DNA of 48,786 nt from a virus (IMGVR_UViG_3300040971_000368:1-48786); one strand, 5' to 3'; numbered from the stretch's first letter, positions 18,596 through 28,291 are shown. Notes: generated from the letters alone by a model not told the origin. Made by a program: numbers and translations.

Positions 18596-20136
18596 TCCCA
18601 TTCTCTGCACAGATATACAACAAGGATTTTAGCAATATTCTTATTCAATACTCGCTGGATTTTAGACCTACACGACTGAGCTGGAATGCAATTGGAGGCC
18701 CTGACGATGCGACCATTGAGGCTTCAGGCCCTGAAGTTGAGCTTTGGGAACTTATTGAGCGGTTACGATCACCTATCGAGGTAATTGGACCATCGGGGTC
18801 CTTGATATGGTGGGGATATATTGAAGGCGTATCTGTTAACACATCCGCTTTGAATATATCCGTGTTTTTAGAGCGAATGAGCAACCGTATATGCGTGACG
18901 TATTCGGAAGTGAATGTAGCCGGCACTGTTGGGGAACGCAGAACAACGACCTGGTATGAAGATGCTGACAGTATTGCCGCTTATGGCACAAAAGAACGCA
19001 GATTATCCCAAAGCCAGGCAACCGCTACAGAAGCCGAGAATTATGCGCAAACCCTTCTGGAACGAATGAAGTTTCCGATTGTAAAACATACATTCTCACC
19101 TGGTGAACCGGAAGCGACTGCTACAATACAATGCTCTGGCTGGTGGAAAACATTAGATTGGAAATTCTACGAAAACAGCGGAGGGAAAGAGGGTTACGAG
19201 GAAATTGGGCAGGGGTTACAGTCTCTTGGAGATAATTCTGCCAGACAGAAGATGGCGCAAAGTTTTCAGATAGCATCCGGTACCACATGGGAAGCGCAGA
19301 GTGTAAGGATCCGGATGAAGAAAGAAGAAAGCCCGGTAGACAACCTTACTGTTGGATTATATTCTGACAGCGCAGGAGCACCGGGAACTTTGCTTGCTTC
19401 GGCACAATTGGCAGGCAGCGAAGTGAATGAAAACCTGAACTGGCACGAACTGCTGCTGAATACCAGGGTTTTATTGGCGGTATCCACCACGTATTGGTTG
19501 GTAGTATCGCGCAGCGGTGCAACAGACGCAACCAATTATTACAAAGTGGACGCCAATGAAGAGCTTGGGTACACATCCGGAATTTTGCGTGTTTGGAACG
19601 GATCGGCCTGGGTTGCCAGGTCACCTGATGCGGATATGTTGTTCGCAGTAGGCGGCGTTGAAGAAACAACTACGCAACTTGAAAGAATGTTTACCATTGG
19701 CGGTCAGTTTTTCACCGGTGTGGATGTTGATATTTTGAGCGGCGTTTATTCTTCTCCTTATAGAGATGGGGACCAGAGCGTGTTGAGCTGTGTAAAAGAA
19801 ATTCTCAAATCCGGCACAACCAATCTTAGAAGGATATTGGCTACTGTAAATTTCCAACGACGAATAAAAATATATGAAGAGCCGGCCAGTGGTTCTAATG
19901 ATTATGCTTTGCATGCAAATGGAGATTTGCATGATGTACTTGACCGGTTTTTGAACCGTTGGAATTATCCGGTGGGGATTTGGGTCAGATTAGCGGATGT
20001 TATACCAGCCAGTGCAGATACCAGCAGAATTGCAGACCCGAGCAGGGTGTTTATTGAACGGGTTATTTACAATGTTGAACAGGACAGCGTTGTTATACAG
20101 GAGCGGGATTATATCGGTTTGTTGGAGGTTGAATGA
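18592..20136 (+). CDS. Tail hub/minor tail protein with inserted beta-sandwich domain
   Basis: WWGYI, DADSIAAYG.KE hub motifs; internal AQSF...LYSDSAGAPGTLLASA...TTYWLV domain. Confidence 0.65.
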   Translation: MIPFSAQIYNKDFSNILIQYSLDFRPTRLSWNAIGGPDDATIEASGPEVELWELIERLRSPIEVIGPSGSLIWWGYIEGVSVNTSALNISVFLERMSNRICVTYSEVNVAGTVGERRTTTWYEDADSIAAYGTKERRLSQSQATATEAENYAQTLLERMKFPIVKHTFSPGEPEATATIQCSGWWKTLDWKFYENSGGKEGYEEIGQGLQSLGDNSARQKMAQSFQIASGTTWEAQSVRIRMKKEESPVDNLTVGLYSDSAGAPGTLLASAQLAGSEVNENLNWHELLLNTRVLLAVSTTYWLVVSRSGATDATNYYKVDANEELGYTSGILRVWNGSAWVARSPDADMLFAVGGVEETTTQLERMFTIGGQFFTGVDVDILSGVYSSPYRDGDQSVLSCVKEILKSGTTNLRRILATVNFQRRIKIYEEPASGSNDYALHANGDLHDVLDRFLNRWNYPVGIWVRLADVIPASADTSRIADPSRVFIERVIYNVEQDSVVIQERDYIGLLEVE

Positions 20137-22643
20137 ACTTGCTTGAAGAGTTGTTGCCAAAACTGAAACCGTATGTGTTGGGCTGGATCAGTGACGTTCA
20201 GAACTCTTCTATTGGCGCTCACGATTTAGGCGGGAAGCTGCATACAGGCACAATTCTGGATAGCCAGGCTACCCAGTTCCTCAAAACTGATGGAAGTCGT
20301 CAACTGATTGGTAACTTGACTGTTGCTAATGGAATTACTATTGACGGCGTGGATATCTCTGCGCATGCCGGGGATGCGGCTGCGCACCATGCACCGGTGA
20401 CAAAATTAGACACAACAACTCTGGCGCTGTCGTTAAGTGGCCAGCAGATATCCGGATCCGTGATTGCCTCTAGTGATGTGAGCGCAGCGGCAGCGGAGTG
20501 GGTGCTAAAATGTGACGCCTCCGGTGGCTTGAAACTAAAGACTTTGGAAGTTGCCGGCGATTTTACCGTTGGGGCAAATGTTTTGAATGTAGATAGTAAC
20601 CGGGTTGGGATCAACTGCGTTCCGGATGCGCAATTTGATTTGGATGTGGCTGGAAACCTGCGTGCGCAGGGGTGGATTATTGGCAAGCACGCGATCCAAT
20701 TGAGCGGGGCGCGGATGATTTGCCATTTTGATGGTCCTGAACCGCATCAGAGCAATTTCACAGGTAACCCGACAGGGCACATGGGTCAGGTAGCATCTGT
20801 GAGTGGGGGTGTTTATTACAGATCGGGTAAGTTTGGAAAAGGCTTAGTTGTTCGAGGTACAACCTCCGCGAACTTGAGTCTTAACCCATCCGCTGAAACA
20901 AATATTACAGGATGGTTGCGCTATCAAGCAGCAGGATATAGCGTATTGTCATCCATTTCAAGATCTACGGTAATGGCAGCTAGTGGATCATATTCCGTAT
21001 TTTTGGATGCCGGTGATACAACTACTATCGTTTTTCAGCAACTAGCTGTTTCGGCAACTGGTACATATACGTTTTCTATGATGGCAAAAAAAGCGGATAG
21101 GACTGCGTTTGTTTCCGGTGATTACGGAAACATGGAGGTGATGGCCGGTGTCACCGGTGGGACATCCAGCGCAACCATTACCAGGACCGAAACGCCAGAC
21201 GGCTGGACGAGGTTTTCTGGTACTGTTACCCTCACCTCTACCGGGACCGGAAACTGTGGTCTTTACTTCAACTCTCAAGCAGGTGACATTTTTATTGATT
21301 GTGTACTGTTAGAAAATAAGGGGTACGCATCTCCTTATTTCGACGGAAGCTACACCGGAGCGACATGGTCCGGAACGGCACACGCATCCACCAGCACCCA
21401 GACGGTTGGAGATATTACGTATAACTCCAATGTGATTGATGTCAACAAGGGAAGTATCTCATTTTGGATACAGATGCGACAACTCGAAGCCGGTGGAAGC
21501 GGCGGCGGTATTTTTGATGCATCGTCGGCCTGGTCAGGAACCAATCATTTTGGATGCTGGTTTTACAACACCGGTCAGCTCAATTTGCGGATCGGTGATA
21601 AAACGGTAAGTACACCAACCTATCTAACGCATGGAGAAATTTACCATGTAGCTGTTACGTGGAAATTGGGTGAATATCATACAATTTACGTCAACGGGGT
21701 TGCAACTATTGGCGCTACAACGTATGACGCTGTTCCCACACTTGGAGCGGGATTGCATCTGGGTCATCTTTACTCTATCGGTGCGTCTAGTTGGCAGTTG
21801 GACACATGGATTGACGATCTTATTATTTTAGACCGGGTTTTGAGCGCCGCCGAAGTACGGGCGATTTACGAATCCAATGCGCCAATTTTTGCCGAAACCT
21901 CCACTTGGGCATGGCGGACGCCGAATAATTTAGCGTGGGCTGATGCAAACGGGTTGTTTGCTGTGGACAGCGCAGCCAATCACGCGTTTGGAGTGATCGG
22001 GGTGGATGGATATTCATGGGGCGGGTTTGCGAACGACAAAGGTGACGCGGTGTTTGGCAGGAATGTGGCCGGGTCGGCGGCTATGAGGTGGGATCAGAGC
22101 GCCGGGAAGTTTGGGTTTTACGGTGGGGGTAGCGCTACGGTTCAGGTTGAAATCGGTACGGACGGGAGTTTGCTGGCTGGGGCCGGCAACGTAAAATTAA
22201 ACGTTGATGGCTTAATGATTGTTCCTTCCGGCGGTAGTGAGTTTAATTACAATAGTATTCGTTGGGCTAACGGAAGTTATGTTAGTAACGCAATCATTGG
22301 GTTTGCTACGGCCGGCGGGAACGAACTTATTTTGAGGTCTACAAATACATCATATAGCGGCGGTGGAACACATGGACATATCAACTTAGAGGCATGGGCA
22401 AACTATGCAACACCGTATAGCTTTACGAGTTTGTATGTAGACCCAACTTTTGGAATATCAGTTGTAAAAAGTGGCGCAGCCGGCGGGAATTTAAGCGTAG
22501 ATGGTTATGTACGCATTGTTGACGGCGTGACCGCGCCAGGAACAGCATCAGGATATGCAATACTTTATATTGACAGCGCAGATGGTGATTTGAAAATAAA
22601 GTTCGGTAATGGTTTTGTCAGGACTATTGCAGCAGATAGCTAA
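20133..22643 (+). CDS. Tail fibre / receptor-binding protein with CBM-like and LamG domains
   Basis: NPS.E...W carbohydrate-binding-like module; GSISFW...YHVAVTW...IYVNG...IDDL.I.DRVLS..EV LamG. Confidence 0.8.
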   Translation: MNLLEELLPKLKPYVLGWISDVQNSSIGAHDLGGKLHTGTILDSQATQFLKTDGSRQLIGNLTVANGITIDGVDISAHAGDAAAHHAPVTKLDTTTLALSLSGQQISGSVIASSDVSAAAAEWVLKCDASGGLKLKTLEVAGDFTVGANVLNVDSNRVGINCVPDAQFDLDVAGNLRAQGWIIGKHAIQLSGARMICHFDGPEPHQSNFTGNPTGHMGQVASVSGGVYYRSGKFGKGLVVRGTTSANLSLNPSAETNITGWLRYQAAGYSVLSSISRSTVMAASGSYSVFLDAGDTTTIVFQQLAVSATGTYTFSMMAKKADRTAFVSGDYGNMEVMAGVTGGTSSATITRTETPDGWTRFSGTVTLTSTGTGNCGLYFNSQAGDIFIDCVLLENKGYASPYFDGSYTGATWSGTAHASTSTQTVGDITYNSNVIDVNKGSISFWIQMRQLEAGGSGGGIFDASSAWSGTNHFGCWFYNTGQLNLRIGDKTVSTPTYLTHGEIYHVAVTWKLGEYHTIYVNGVATIGATTYDAVPTLGAGLHLGHLYSIGASSWQLDTWIDDLIILDRVLSAAEVRAIYESNAPIFAETSTWAWRTPNNLAWADANGLFAVDSAANHAFGVIGVDGYSWGGFANDKGDAVFGRNVAGSAAMRWDQSAGKFGFYGGGSATVQVEIGTDGSLLAGAGNVKLNVDGLMIVPSGGSEFNYNSIRWANGSYVSNAIIGFATAGGNELILRSTNTSYSGGGTHGHINLEAWANYATPYSFTSLYVDPTFGISVVKSGAAGGNLSVDGYVRIVDGVTAPGTASGYAILYIDSADGDLKIKFGNGFVRTIAADS

Positions 22644-22653
22644 TGGAGGATTT

Positions 22654-22857
22654 ATGAGACCACAAGTATCAGATATAAAAAATGCGGTTGCTTTTTTGGA
22701 GCAGTGCTCGGGTAGAGCGCAGATGACATTAAATGAGCATGCGAGTGCACAGGCGGCGGCGCAGGCTGTGAAAGAATTTGTTGCAGAAACGGAAACTGAA
22801 ATTTCCGAGCTTAAGCGTAGATTAAGTGAGGCTCAACCTAAAAAACTTGATGAATGA
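22654..22857 (+). CDS. Small coiled-coil protein (possible fibre chaperone)
   Basis: ATG 22654 after GGAGGA. Confidence 0.55.
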   Translation: MRPQVSDIKNAVAFLEQCSGRAQMTLNEHASAQAAAQAVKEFVAETETEISELKRRLSEAQPKKLDE

Positions 22858-22869
22858 AAGAGGCATGTA

Positions 22870-23604
22870 ATGAAAAAAGGATATATAGAAAACAAGGTGA
22901 GTAATGGCAATCCAAATGTTGTTGATTATGTTTGGATTGAGTGTGTTCGTGGGGATCAATATATCAACGGACACCGCGTTAAGTGGGACAGTTTGCCAGC
23001 AGACAAGCGCGGAATCGTGCATAAAATTTACCTAGACACACAGCCAAAGTCAGTTGACAGAAACGCTTCAAAACTGCATGAGCTTATCAGCGATTTGCAT
23101 CTGTCAAACGTCAATGTAGGCGCTCCGCTGATCGTAGATATTTTTGATTTTTCCGGAGGCGCTCAATTCGCGTTGGCCGATATCAATTATTATTTCAAGT
23201 ATCTGGCTGATCACAACATCGAGTTTGCAAAGAAGCCGCTGATCCGTGTGCAGATTGGCAATTGGGAGTCCTGGCATCGGGATCACCAGCCTGAAGCAGA
23301 AAAGCTGATGGGTTATGCTGACATACTTTTGGTTCAATGGAGCGCCGTACCGGACACACTCACAAAAATAGGCAAACCAAAATGGCAGGAATACGCCAAT
23401 GGGCTGATCAAGCATGACCCGACCCAGCAATGGATTATCGAAACGCCGCCACCAGTTGACCCGGAACCACCTGTTGATCCTGACCCAGATCCTGAAACAA
23501 CTGTTTCAGTTCCAAAAAAATGGAAAGTCAATCTACAATTTAGTTTCTGGATATTCTCAGGAACCGTTTCAGGAACTATAGAAGCCGATGAGGGTGGCGG
23601 TTGA
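22870..23604 (+). CDS. Degenerate GH25-like protein with Pro/Asp linker
   Basis: Order of elements YVWIE..G, GIVH, LIVDIF, PLI, LLVQW, WQE parallels GH25; PPVDPEPPVDPDPDP linker. Confidence 0.5.
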   Translation: MKKGYIENKVSNGNPNVVDYVWIECVRGDQYINGHRVKWDSLPADKRGIVHKIYLDTQPKSVDRNASKLHELISDLHLSNVNVGAPLIVDIFDFSGGAQFALADINYYFKYLADHNIEFAKKPLIRVQIGNWESWHRDHQPEAEKLMGYADILLVQWSAVPDTLTKIGKPKWQEYANGLIKHDPTQQWIIETPPPVDPEPPVDPDPDPETTVSVPKKWKVNLQFSFWIFSGTVSGTIEADEGGG

Positions 23605-23640
23605 AAAACTACGTAAATTAGAACCATAAACCTAATAGAC

Positions 23641-23679
23641 AAAAACCAGCATTATATATAACGCTGGTTTTTTCTTTTT
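23641..23679. terminator. Bidirectional terminator ending the late operon
   Basis: AAAAACCAGC...GCTGGTTTTT plus extended T tract. Confidence 0.8.
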
Positions 23680-23694
23680 GCATATAATTATTGT

Positions 23695-23880
23695 GTGAAG
23701 TATCTTCTCTATGTCTTATTTCCATCAATCGGTTTAGTAAATTGGATCGAGAAAAGAACACAGAAAAAGCTGACAGGATTCTGGGTGGATATTTCTATTC
23801 TGGTATTCCAGGTAAATTATTGGTGCGCTGTTGGCTTGGGGGTTGTTACTTTAATTTCTAACTTATGGATAAGACAATAA
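23695..23880 (+). CDS. Small membrane protein (moron)
   Basis: 61 aa, hydrophobic, AT-rich, GTG start. Confidence 0.45.
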   Translation: MKYLLYVLFPSIGLVNWIEKRTQKKLTGFWVDISILVFQVNYWCAVGLGVVTLISNLWIRQ

Positions 23881-23927
23881 ATTCGTGCTACTATTGAAAT
23901 GCTTAATCTATAGGAGATTTCACGAGC

Positions 23928-24092
23928 ATGATAAATCTTATTTTGTATGTACTGCAAATATTGGCATTGGCCGCTTTTGTTTTGGTCTGGATTTGGGGGA
24001 TGTGGGCTGCTTTTACGCAGGGCGATGACCATGTTGCTCGTTTTGGCCGTGAGTTATTGAAACGCTTTGGGGTAAAGAAATATCGTTTATAA
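23928..24092 (+). CDS. 54-aa single-TM peptide with basic C-terminus (not in ORF track)
   Basis: RBS TAGGAG; MINLILYVLQILALAAFVLVWIWGMWAAF...LLKRFGVKKYRL. Confidence 0.55.
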   Translation: MINLILYVLQILALAAFVLVWIWGMWAAFTQGDDHVARFGRELLKRFGVKKYRL

Positions 24093-24156
24093 AAAACCAC
24101 CGGCGTGAGGGGGTCACGCCGGTTTGCATCCAGATTGAGGGGGACAACCCGGATTT
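24091..24156 (-). ncRNA. Putative two-hairpin sRNA with C-rich loops, also terminating the early operon
   Basis: Minus strand: ATCCGGGTTG-TCCCCCT-CAATCTGGAT then ACCGGCGTGA-CCCCC-TCACGCCGGT-GGTTTTTT; TATAAT at 24166-24161 and CTGAAC 17 bp further upstream. Confidence 0.5.
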
Positions 24157-24175
24157 GATTATTATAATTTAAAAC

Positions 24176-24955
24176 CTAAATCTGTTCAGTAATATTTCTC
24201 TTCAAATTCATATGATATTCGTCGTGACATTTTCTGTGAGCATATTCCAGATTTTCAGCGTTATGTCCACCGCCTTCTTTTATCATTTTCTTGTGGTGAA
24301 TAATCACATCACTTTTTGGTGTTCCATCAAGGTCACATTTACAAAAGAAACATATTTTTGGCCTTTTATCTTTCTCAAGTTTCCATTTTAGACCATCGTC
24401 CCTTCTCCAAACAAAATAAGGGCATAGTTTATTATCTGCAAACAATGGAAAACTATAGAAATAAGATTGGAAAATAGGCGCATTTCCATTGAATTCATAA
24501 ACCGTTTTTAGCTTAAGACATTTTTTTGCTTTAACTATCACGGCGGTTTTATCTTGCTTGCAATATTTACATTCGTGGCACGAAGCAATTAGGTCAGGCT
24601 CAATTTGGCAATTACTTTCAAACAATATTGCTACTTGATAATGCATATAAAATATATTTTTATCTCGCCTATCAAGAAAAATAGTAAAAAAATAAAAACC
24701 ACCTTTATCAAACCGATCATCATCTGAGTATTTTTGAATTGCGCGTGATAGGTTGTCAAAAACTGAATAAACCACAGGAGCATACCCATAATTCGTAATT
24801 TCAAGTTCTTGACAATAAAAACTATGTATAAATTCAAAGTTTCGTTTTAGGCTTTTCTCTATGCGCTTTTCCGTTTGTCTTTGGAAATCCCAAAGACTAC
24901 CAAGAACCATTGCAGAATTGTTAAAATTATTGTGAGTGTTATATTGTTCTAACAT
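24176..24955 (-). CDS. HNH endonuclease domain protein
   Basis: C-terminal CFFC...IHH......GG.N..NL....RKCH..YH; AT-rich. Confidence 0.8.
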   Translation of the reverse strand: MLEQYNTHNNFNNSAMVLGSLWDFQRQTEKRIEKSLKRNFEFIHSFYCQELEITNYGYAPVVYSVFDNLSRAIQKYSDDDRFDKGGFYFFTIFLDRRDKNIFYMHYQVAILFESNCQIEPDLIASCHECKYCKQDKTAVIVKAKKCLKLKTVYEFNGNAPIFQSYFYSFPLFADNKLCPYFVWRRDDGLKWKLEKDKRPKICFFCKCDLDGTPKSDVIIHHKKMIKEGGGHNAENLEYAHRKCHDEYHMNLKRNITEQI

Positions 24956-24982
24956 TTCCCTCCAAAAACAAAAAATAATTTA

Positions 24983-25234
24983 TCAGTTAATCTCGCTTTT
25001 ATTGTACAACTTCTTAGTGATTTTATCGTTTTGGTAAGTCCATTTTCTACGAGAGGAACAGATGGAGCATATTATCACGGCATCTCCGGTGATTTCACCA
25101 CTGGCAAGTGCTGTATTTGTTTTTGGCGCGATGCTTAGTGATTGGCGATAAACGCGCAAAGTGTTTTTCTTGTTGAAGCACTCGACCACACCGAGGATGT
25201 GACCATTGGGGCAATGCCAGTATACCGGGATCAT
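24983..25234 (-). CDS. Zinc-ribbon protein, candidate late regulator
   Basis: CPNGH.LG ... I.CSIC; near the end of the early operon. Confidence 0.55.
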   Translation of the reverse strand: MIPVYWHCPNGHILGVVECFNKKNTLRVYRQSLSIAPKTNTALASGEITGDAVIICSICSSRRKWTYQNDKITKKLYNKSEIN

Positions 25235-25659
25235 TAGGGTTTCTTCCCTTTATAGGGTGCACACACAAAGCACCTCACTCGCCTGGGATGGTTTTGAATA
25301 AACCATTGGCCGCACTCACATTGAATTGCTCGGAGCGCTTGAGAGCCTTCCGGGATTTCACCATCTATAGGTAAAACACTTTTGTAAGCCGGCAAACCTA
25401 AAGCGTCACGAATAACGGGTGACTTTGGTTCAATTCCAGCGACGATGCGCTGAATTGTAGAATGAGTTATTTTGCTAAGGTAGTCCTCTTTCGCTATTCT
25501 GCGATAACTGTTTTTAGCATCGTAAAGTTTCTTGACATCTTCATGTACCTGTGTCCAGGTGTACGCGCTGCGTACACCTGTTTTATGGGCGGTAGAATGA
25601 TTGTTGTGTGCTTCCATAGCTGCTATTTTTGACCTAGTTTCCATTTTAGGAAATACCAT
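25234..25659 (-). CDS. HTH + Zn-ribbon protein
   Basis: SYRRIA...THSTIQRI HTH-like segment; CECG...CFVC. Confidence 0.55.
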   Translation of the reverse strand: MVFPKMETRSKIAAMEAHNNHSTAHKTGVRSAYTWTQVHEDVKKLYDAKNSYRRIAKEDYLSKITHSTIQRIVAGIEPKSPVIRDALGLPAYKSVLPIDGEIPEGSQALRAIQCECGQWFIQNHPRRVRCFVCAPYKGKKP

Positions 25660-26185
25660 CAGGAGCGTTCCACTCCCACAAACCTAAAGAGCCTTTGACG
25701 GGTACGGGTTTGACCAGTGGCTTGATGTTGGAGAGTATCCAGGCATAGCGGCCGGGGGTGTAATCCCCGAATGACAGTTCGTGTCCGCGTTCGAGCGGTG
25801 GTGGAATTAGCTGAAACATTTGGCAATACGATTTGTTGATCCGGTCGTCAGAAGGGAATGGTTGTGGCTTATATGGAATCCTTACGCAATTGGTTAGTTC
25901 GCAGGTGGCTATAATTGCGCCTAATGGAAACATGGGTTTATTGGGTAATCCAGCAATATCCCTATACATTCTGTACTGCTTGTGGGCGTACACCATAATT
26001 ACACTGTAAAACGGATCGGTGCCGCATAGGTAATATTTGCTTTTTACGTTGATATATTTTGTACCTAAACTGGCGTGAATTGCCAAAGGTCCGCGGTAAT
26101 TCGTTCGCCAACTTCGGGTTTCGATCGTTTTTTCGCCGATGGCTACCAGTGTAGCCCACGGCTGGAGTAGGGAAATGGTTTTCAT
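25646..26185 (-). CDS. ASCH domain protein
   Basis: SLLQPWA.L...G.K.IETRSW.T.YRGPLAIHA, YAW.L, KGSLGLW. Confidence 0.9.
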   Translation of the reverse strand: MKTISLLQPWATLVAIGEKTIETRSWRTNYRGPLAIHASLGTKYINVKSKYYLCGTDPFYSVIMVYAHKQYRMYRDIAGLPNKPMFPLGAIIATCELTNCVRIPYKPQPFPSDDRINKSYCQMFQLIPPPLERGHELSFGDYTPGRYAWILSNIKPLVKPVPVKGSLGLWEWNAPDGIS

Positions 26186-26188
26186 TTT

Positions 26189-26998
26189 TTACGCTCCTTT
26201 CAAGCTCTGACCGCCTGCGACCGCGTTCAGTTTTGCAACCAGGTCCATGCGTTTAAATGACAGGTGTAAATTGTTGTTTTGGTAACACTGAAAAGAAAAG
26301 TATTCTGTTTCTCCGCTTCCGGATACGGATGTATTTATCGCGTCAACCAGTGGTGAGCGGTACCCTTCCGGAATTCCTTTGCCATCCATAGAATGGAAAA
26401 CCTTATCCAGCGCTATAAAACTGGGCTCTGAGGAAGAGATCAGATACCAGCAGGCGTAAGCTCTTTTATCCGCTGCACGGGAAATAATCACCTTTTTGCC
26501 GATATCAAACCGGCCGTTTTTGGTGTTTGTTTTTAGTTTGTTCCAATCTTTAGCACCAGGCCTCAGGAAGTTATAAACTTCTTTGATGGCGTCTTCCAGA
26601 AAATCATGTGACTGCGCCATCATTGAATTGAAAGTTCCAAAAACAATGTCAGTGGTTATATCTGGCATGGTCTTCGGGTCGTCAAGCTGCTTGTCCAGTT
26701 CATCAGATTTCTTGACGGATAAAATCTTTCTGACCCCAAGCAGCTCTATAAAGTGCCGCCAAACACGCTGCTTCAGTTTGTTTTTGATATGTTCAGCGCC
26801 TTTCGTTCCGGTATCGGTATGATAGCGATCGATCATATCAAACATACGCGGATCTTCTGAAAATGATTCAGCCAAAATCATTCTTGCGTCTTCAAGGGTC
26901 TGGTACGCAGTGTCTACCAATACAGCGGCTTTTTGGTAGGCTTCTACCTGGTCAGCAATTGTTTTTCGTACAGCAATTCCAGTATCAAGGTGAGTCAT
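26189..26998 (-). CDS. DUF4942-like protein
   Basis: V...L...KTN....IGKK.I, ETEYF...Y.N.NLHL.FKR.DLV.KLN. Confidence 0.75.
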   Translation of the reverse strand: MTHLDTGIAVRKTIADQVEAYQKAAVLVDTAYQTLEDARMILAESFSEDPRMFDMIDRYHTDTGTKGAEHIKNKLKQRVWRHFIELLGVRKILSVKKSDELDKQLDDPKTMPDITTDIVFGTFNSMMAQSHDFLEDAIKEVYNFLRPGAKDWNKLKTNTKNGRFDIGKKVIISRAADKRAYACWYLISSSEPSFIALDKVFHSMDGKGIPEGYRSPLVDAINTSVSGSGETEYFSFQCYQNNNLHLSFKRMDLVAKLNAVAGGQSLKGA

Positions 26999-27669
26999 TG
27001 TTCACCTCGAATAAAGTAATGATTTTTATTTTCAATCATCTTTATTTCACACCACGATGATTCCCACGAAGCTAAAGATTTCGCAAGACTTGTTTTTGCG
27101 GATTGCGACATATAATGGTGCCTGCCATCAAGCAGGATCATCAATTCTTTTATGGTTATGCCAGGGTGTTTATTTATTATTTCTCTAACATTTTTCATGG
27201 TTGAGCGGTATGGTGTCCAACGGTCTCCGCTCACGCTGCCTGCTGCGCACATAAACTTGTGCTCTGGTTCCAATTTTGAAATAAGCCTTTTTGATTGTTT
27301 GTGATATTCGCGCATTAATGGCGGCTCTCTCCACACTTGTATCGATGATCTTTCATTCCATTCGCTATGTTTGCTAACTACTAAGGCGCCAATCTGATAT
27401 ATTCGCAAAAGGTCATATTCTATGCCATTCTCAGATAATGACCCTCTCGTTTTTGGAATTGCTATTGACCGAAAATGAGCGCGCCTACCCATAGCCTGTT
27501 CAACTACTTTTAGCGAAAACGATGTTTTGCATTCGATAATCCAGAGATAGTTGTCGCGCACAGCTACTATATCGGCATAACCACCAGGGCACTCAACCTC
27601 CTGATATACGTCCCAGTGTTGGGATTCCAGCCATTCAACGACGGGTTGTGCAAGTTCGGTTTCTTTCAT
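26995..27669 (-). CDS. PD-(D/E)XK nuclease-fold protein
   Basis: E.EL..PV..WL...DVYQEV....ADIVA....IIECK....V.EQA. Confidence 0.65.
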   Translation of the reverse strand: MKETELAQPVVEWLESQHWDVYQEVECPGGYADIVAVRDNYLWIIECKTSFSLKVVEQAMGRRAHFRSIAIPKTRGSLSENGIEYDLLRIYQIGALVVSKHSEWNERSSIQVWREPPLMREYHKQSKRLISKLEPEHKFMCAAGSVSGDRWTPYRSTMKNVREIINKHPGITIKELMILLDGRHHYMSQSAKTSLAKSLASWESSWCEIKMIENKNHYFIRGEQ

Positions 27670-27932
27670 GATTCTTCGCTTTCAATTTCATCTGTCACAG
27701 CAAACAAATAACGCCATCCGGTTACGATAAAATCTACATCGTTTGCCGGCACGATGTGGAAACAATACGGCCTCACCTGACCTACGCCAACATACCAACC
27801 AATTCCGGTACTCTCTGTGCCGTATCTTGATCCGATTGTAAAGATATCTTTTTCAGGGTCGCTTTTTCTTGCGCATCGCAAAAACAGCGGAACAAATGGT
27901 TCTGGCGGTTCAGTGACAGGAATAAATTTCAT
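27666..27932 (-). CDS. Hypothetical phage protein
   Basis: Coupled by 4-bp overlaps; IPVTE.P...VTGW pattern. Confidence 0.55.
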   Translation of the reverse strand: MKFIPVTEPPEPFVPLFLRCARKSDPEKDIFTIGSRYGTESTGIGWYVGVGQVRPYCFHIVPANDVDFIVTGWRYLFAVTDEIESEES

Positions 27933-28291
27933 GAAGCGCCGCCAGGTAACGATTTATAAAAATAAATTGCCTCTTGCATGGAGTTCCAACGTGTACGCTC
28001 AAGAAACTCATCAGTTCTATTTGAGGGTCTCGGCTCAAACTCCATGCTGCCATCTTTCCTCATGCACATTCCGCGTGATCGGATAGCCCACTTATCTGAG
28101 CCGTCCAGTTGTGCGCATCTCTCAATAACTACGGAACCGAATTCATTCACTGACGGCTTGATAAGATAGTAACCAGAAAGGTTTTCTTCAAGTTCTGCCA
28201 CCCTGGCAGAAAGGCATTTATTTTCTTCTATCAGTTCCTTTACCCTGCTATCCGGGTAGTTGTTTTCGTGGTCTTTGGTGAGAGTAATCAT
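27929..28291 (-). CDS. Hypothetical phage protein
   Basis: KWAIR..G....DG..E.EP.PSNRTDEFL..TR; coupled overlaps. Confidence 0.6.
   Translation of the reverse strand: MITLTKDHENNYPDSRVKELIEENKCLSARVAELEENLSGYYLIKPSVNEFGSVVIERCAQLDGSDKWAIRSRGMCMRKDGSMEFEPRPSNRTDEFLERTRWNSMQEAIYFYKSLPGGAS

Noticed and set aside
20133-24955. Diversity-generating retroelement or invertible tail-fibre cassette
   Set aside because: No reverse transcriptase, invertase or TR/VR repeat pair seen
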